From NCBI GenBank assembly GCA_038209745.1, contig JBBQXJ010000058.1, positions 1 to 30,974 of the forward strand: 30,974 nt of DNA, given 5' to 3'. This stretch comes from Verrucomicrobiota bacterium. Lineage in GTDB: Bacteria > Verrucomicrobiota > Verrucomicrobiia > Limisphaerales > CANJSG01. Both the position numbers and the translations under genes were made by a program. The notes beneath the pieces were generated by a model, which searched no databases, was not told the DNA's origin, and saw only the letters and a list, made by a program, of their open reading frames with translations. Numbering within the stretch: position 1 is the stretch's first letter; each line of letters starts with the position of its first letter. Of the stretch, positions 28,278-30,974 are shown in pieces.

Positions 28278-30974
28278 TTACTCGAAGGCGCTGTGTTTGT
28301 GGGTCATGTCGCCCTTGGACATCGCGGTGGCCTGTGGGTTCTTCTGGAGGTAGGCGTCCACGTCTTCGGTCACGATGAGTTGGCCCCACATGCTCTGGAA
28401 GTGGGCGGGGAAGGTGCAGACGTATTCATAGTCTCCGGTCTTGGCGGGTGCCGTGAACTTGAGGGTTTCCTGATGGCCCGCTTCGACGAGTTTGGTGCCG
28501 TCGAGGATGTTGGGCGTCTTCGGCATGAAGGCGCGGCCCTGCCGGTCCAGCTTGTCCGGAGTCATGGCGGAGGCGGCGGTGCCTACGGCTTCGCGGGTGC
28601 CGGGGTTCACGATCACCAGGTTGTGCGGCATGAAGTCGTCGTTCTGGAAGATGATCTCGAAGGGTTTGCCGGCTTCGACGACGAGGCGCGGGGTGTCGTA
28701 GCGCATCTGTTCGCGCACGGTGCGAATGACGAACACGGCGACCCGATAGTCCTTCAACTCCTTGCGGAGGGTCGCGGCTTGGTCGGCGGGAAGAAGGCCG
28801 GCGAGTTCGCCCGCCACCTGCACGGTTTCGACATAGTCCTGGGACGTGCGATCGCCGGAGGGAACCGTTTTGGCCCAGGCCAAGAGTCCTTTGACGGCGG
28901 GAGCCGCCTGGGACTTCGGCCAAGCGTCGCGGGGCAAGGCCCGGAGGCCGCGGGTGGCGGCCGGGACCAGTTCGCCCTTGCCGATCAATCCGGTGAGCGC
29001 GGTGAAGACGGCGCCCGGATCGTGGCCCATGCTGGTGAGCGCGTGGATGGCGGCCTGTTGCAGCGCGCCGAGCGGGTCGGACGTGACGGTCAGGCTGGTG
29101 GACACTCCAGGGGCGGGAATGCCGGCCTTCTGGAAGACGGATTTCCGACTGCCGTTCAGGACTGTGACGGTGAAGCCGTCGAGGCGGCGTCCGAGCGTGC
29201 CATCGGTTCGGTTCCAGACGGCGATGGAATCAATGCGCTGTTCGCGGCCGAGGTCGACTTCCCACCACGGTTGGTCGGAATCCTCATCGGTGTGGGTGGC
29301 GCTGCCACGATCGTATTCTCCGTCGGTGCGACCATCGATGGCCCGGCCCGCAGCGCCCGCAGAAGCGGTGCTGGACTGGGTGGCTGTGCCGCCGACGGCG
29401 ACGTTCTTTCCGCTGCTGAAGACCTGGACTTCGGCGAGGGTCAGGGTGCCTTTTCGCGGGAGGGAGATGCGGACAAACCGGCCTGTGGTCTGGGATTGGG
29501 CGCCGGCGGCTTTCCGGATGTTGGCCGGCACATCGACGAGCAGGGGAAGGGTGCGGTCGAACGCCTTGGCCCGAAGGTCGGGATCGGCGATCAGCGGGAT
29601 GCCGTTCAACACGTCGCCGAGGCGGGTGAGCGAATCACCGGCCATCTTCCAGACGGCGTCGAATCCACCGTCAACCACCGCGAGGGTGGCCCAGGCCGAT
29701 TGGCGAACCTCCGCGGAAGTTCCGTCGGTGGCGAGGCTGCTGATCTTCGAACGGAGTGGTTTCAGATCGCCGGAAGGCTGGATGGGAAGCAGGCGGGCCA
29801 AGGGGCCGGCCGTGGTGTCCGGGGCCGACTGGATGGCGGCGAAGAGTTCGGTCAAACGACTCGTCTTCTTGGATGCGGCCAAGGCGTCGAGGGCTCCGAG
29901 GCGATCGTTCGGGGCCGTGTCTGGACGAAGGAGGAGCGTGGCCAGAATGCCGGGAGTCTTGGGGAGCTGGGCCAGGTCCGTGGTGGGAACGCTGTGCAAG
30001 AGATGGTTGAGGCCGGCATCGTTGCCGACGGCGATGGGGAGACCGTCGGACAGCGATTTTCTCCAAACAGGCTGCAATTGGCGCAGGGTCTCGCCGAGGG
30101 TGTAGTCGAGATAGTAGTCGGTCGGACGTTTGAGGATCGCGAGGGCGACGTCCACGGCTTCCGGTGAACCGTAGAAGCTGGCGGCGCGGACGGCTTCGAG
30201 GCGGACTCGGGGATTCTCATCGTTGGCCAAAGCCATGAAATCGCCCAACGCATTCGGCACGCGGTCGCGCCAGTAGCAGAGGACGCGGCCGGCGGCGGCG
30301 CGGGCGCGATGGTCGGGGGACTTCAGCATCCGCTCCAACAGGGGAACGTCCACGACGTTCTGCCACTGGTGGACCCAGAGGGCTTCCATCATGTGGTGCT
30401 CGTATTCCGAGTCCGTCTTGTCGAGCGCGGCGGCCCATTTGTTCACGGCCGAAACAACCTCGGTGGCGTCGTGCTTGGACAGTTCCACCTTGGCCAGTTC
30501 GCGGGTGATATTTTCGGGCGACTTTAGGAGATCGACCAAGGCTTCGATCGGTTGGCCGTCGATCTTGGGGGCCTTCAAAAGCGGACGTCCGTCGGAGGTG
30601 ATGCGATAGATTCGGCCGGCGTCCGTGCGGCGGTTCGGATCGCGCAGATGATGCTGCATGTGGCCGATGATGGTGTTGTGCCAGTCTGTGAAGTAGATCG
30701 CGCCGTCGGGTCCGATGCTGATCGCCGCCGGGCGGAAGTCCGGATCGGAGGAGGAGACGAGGTTCTCCATCGTTTCTCCCTTAATCCCGGAGCCGTCCTC
30801 CGTGACCTTGACCATGTAGACTCCCTGGAAACCGATCACGTTCAGGTTCATGAAATAGCCCTGCAACTCGTCGGGGAAATGGCGGCTGGAGAGTATTCCG
30901 GTGCCGGGGCAGGGGCGCGAAGGACGATTCCAGAACTCGTTCATGCCCGGGTGCTTCGCGGGGTAGTCGATGTG
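28278..30974 (-). CDS. 5'-partial PVC-type membrane-bound dehydrogenase-like protein: beta-propeller end, HEAT repeats, F5/8C (F-type lectin) domain, C-terminal azurin-like cupredoxin
   Basis: Frame is open to the window edge (HIDYPAKHPGMN...). DFRP..IGPDGAIYFTDWHN..GRIYRI; HEAT units (DENPRVRLEAVRAAS); NVAVGGTATQSS..RAIDG..THT..PWWEVDLG; type-1 Cu ligands PHN and CTFPAHFQSM. Confidence 0.9.
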   Translation of the reverse strand, partial: HIDYPAKHPGMNEFWNRPSRPCPGTGILSSRHFPDELQGYFMNLNVIGFQGVYMVKVTEDGSGIKGETMENLVSSSDPDFRPAAISIGPDGAIYFTDWHNTIIGHMQHHLRDPNRRTDAGRIYRITSDGRPLLKAPKIDGQPIEALVDLLKSPENITRELAKVELSKHDATEVVSAVNKWAAALDKTDSEYEHHMMEALWVHQWQNVVDVPLLERMLKSPDHRARAAAGRVLCYWRDRVPNALGDFMALANDENPRVRLEAVRAASFYGSPEAVDVALAILKRPTDYYLDYTLGETLRQLQPVWRKSLSDGLPIAVGNDAGLNHLLHSVPTTDLAQLPKTPGILATLLLRPDTAPNDRLGALDALAASKKTSRLTELFAAIQSAPDTTAGPLARLLPIQPSGDLKPLRSKISSLATDGTSAEVRQSAWATLAVVDGGFDAVWKMAGDSLTRLGDVLNGIPLIADPDLRAKAFDRTLPLLVDVPANIRKAAGAQSQTTGRFVRISLPRKGTLTLAEVQVFSSGKNVAVGGTATQSSTASAGAAGRAIDGRTDGEYDRGSATHTDEDSDQPWWEVDLGREQRIDSIAVWNRTDGTLGRRLDGFTVTVLNGSRKSVFQKAGIPAPGVSTSLTVTSDPLGALQQAAIHALTSMGHDPGAVFTALTGLIGKGELVPAATRGLRALPRDAWPKSQAAPAVKGLLAWAKTVPSGDRTSQDYVETVQVAGELAGLLPADQAATLRKELKDYRVAVFVIRTVREQMRYDTPRLVVEAGKPFEIIFQNDDFMPHNLVIVNPGTREAVGTAASAMTPDKLDRQGRAFMPKTPNILDGTKLVEAGHQETLKFTAPAKTGDYEYVCTFPAHFQSMWGQLIVTEDVDAYLQKNPQATAMSKGDMTHKHSAFE

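Overview
GC-rich bacterial chromosomal window. The gene content (PEP-CTERM protein, PVC-type dehydrogenase-like protein, OB-fold-repeat hybrid kinase, REP-like hairpins) suggests Verrucomicrobia; this is an inference. It holds about 22 mostly intact genes: M42 aminopeptidase, a rhodanese-sterol desaturase fusion, SLC13/TrkA-C permease, leuD, serine hydrolase, Zn-aminopeptidase lipoprotein, pckA, rhomboid, PEP-CTERM protein, ABC ATPase with a membrane partner, hybrid histidine kinase, a nitroreductase-VOC-SDR operon with a divergent PAS sigma54 activator, and a 5'-partial propeller/HEAT/F-lectin/azurin protein. There are also two pseudogenes that the ORF track misses or splits. No rRNA, tRNA, CRISPR array or intact IS was seen. 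Most notable: (1) a 765-aa protein with 11 tandem 29/30-aa helical repeats capped by a HExxH zincin domain; (2) a sigma54 detox module whose promoter, IHF-like site and candidate enhancer sites can be read from the DNA; (3) a decayed ADP-ribosyltransferase-like toxin/antitoxin-like pair; (4) a stand-alone IS1182-type DUF772 protein; (5) a self-contained sigma54 transcript for a 61-aa protein. All family calls come from motif recognition, not database searches.
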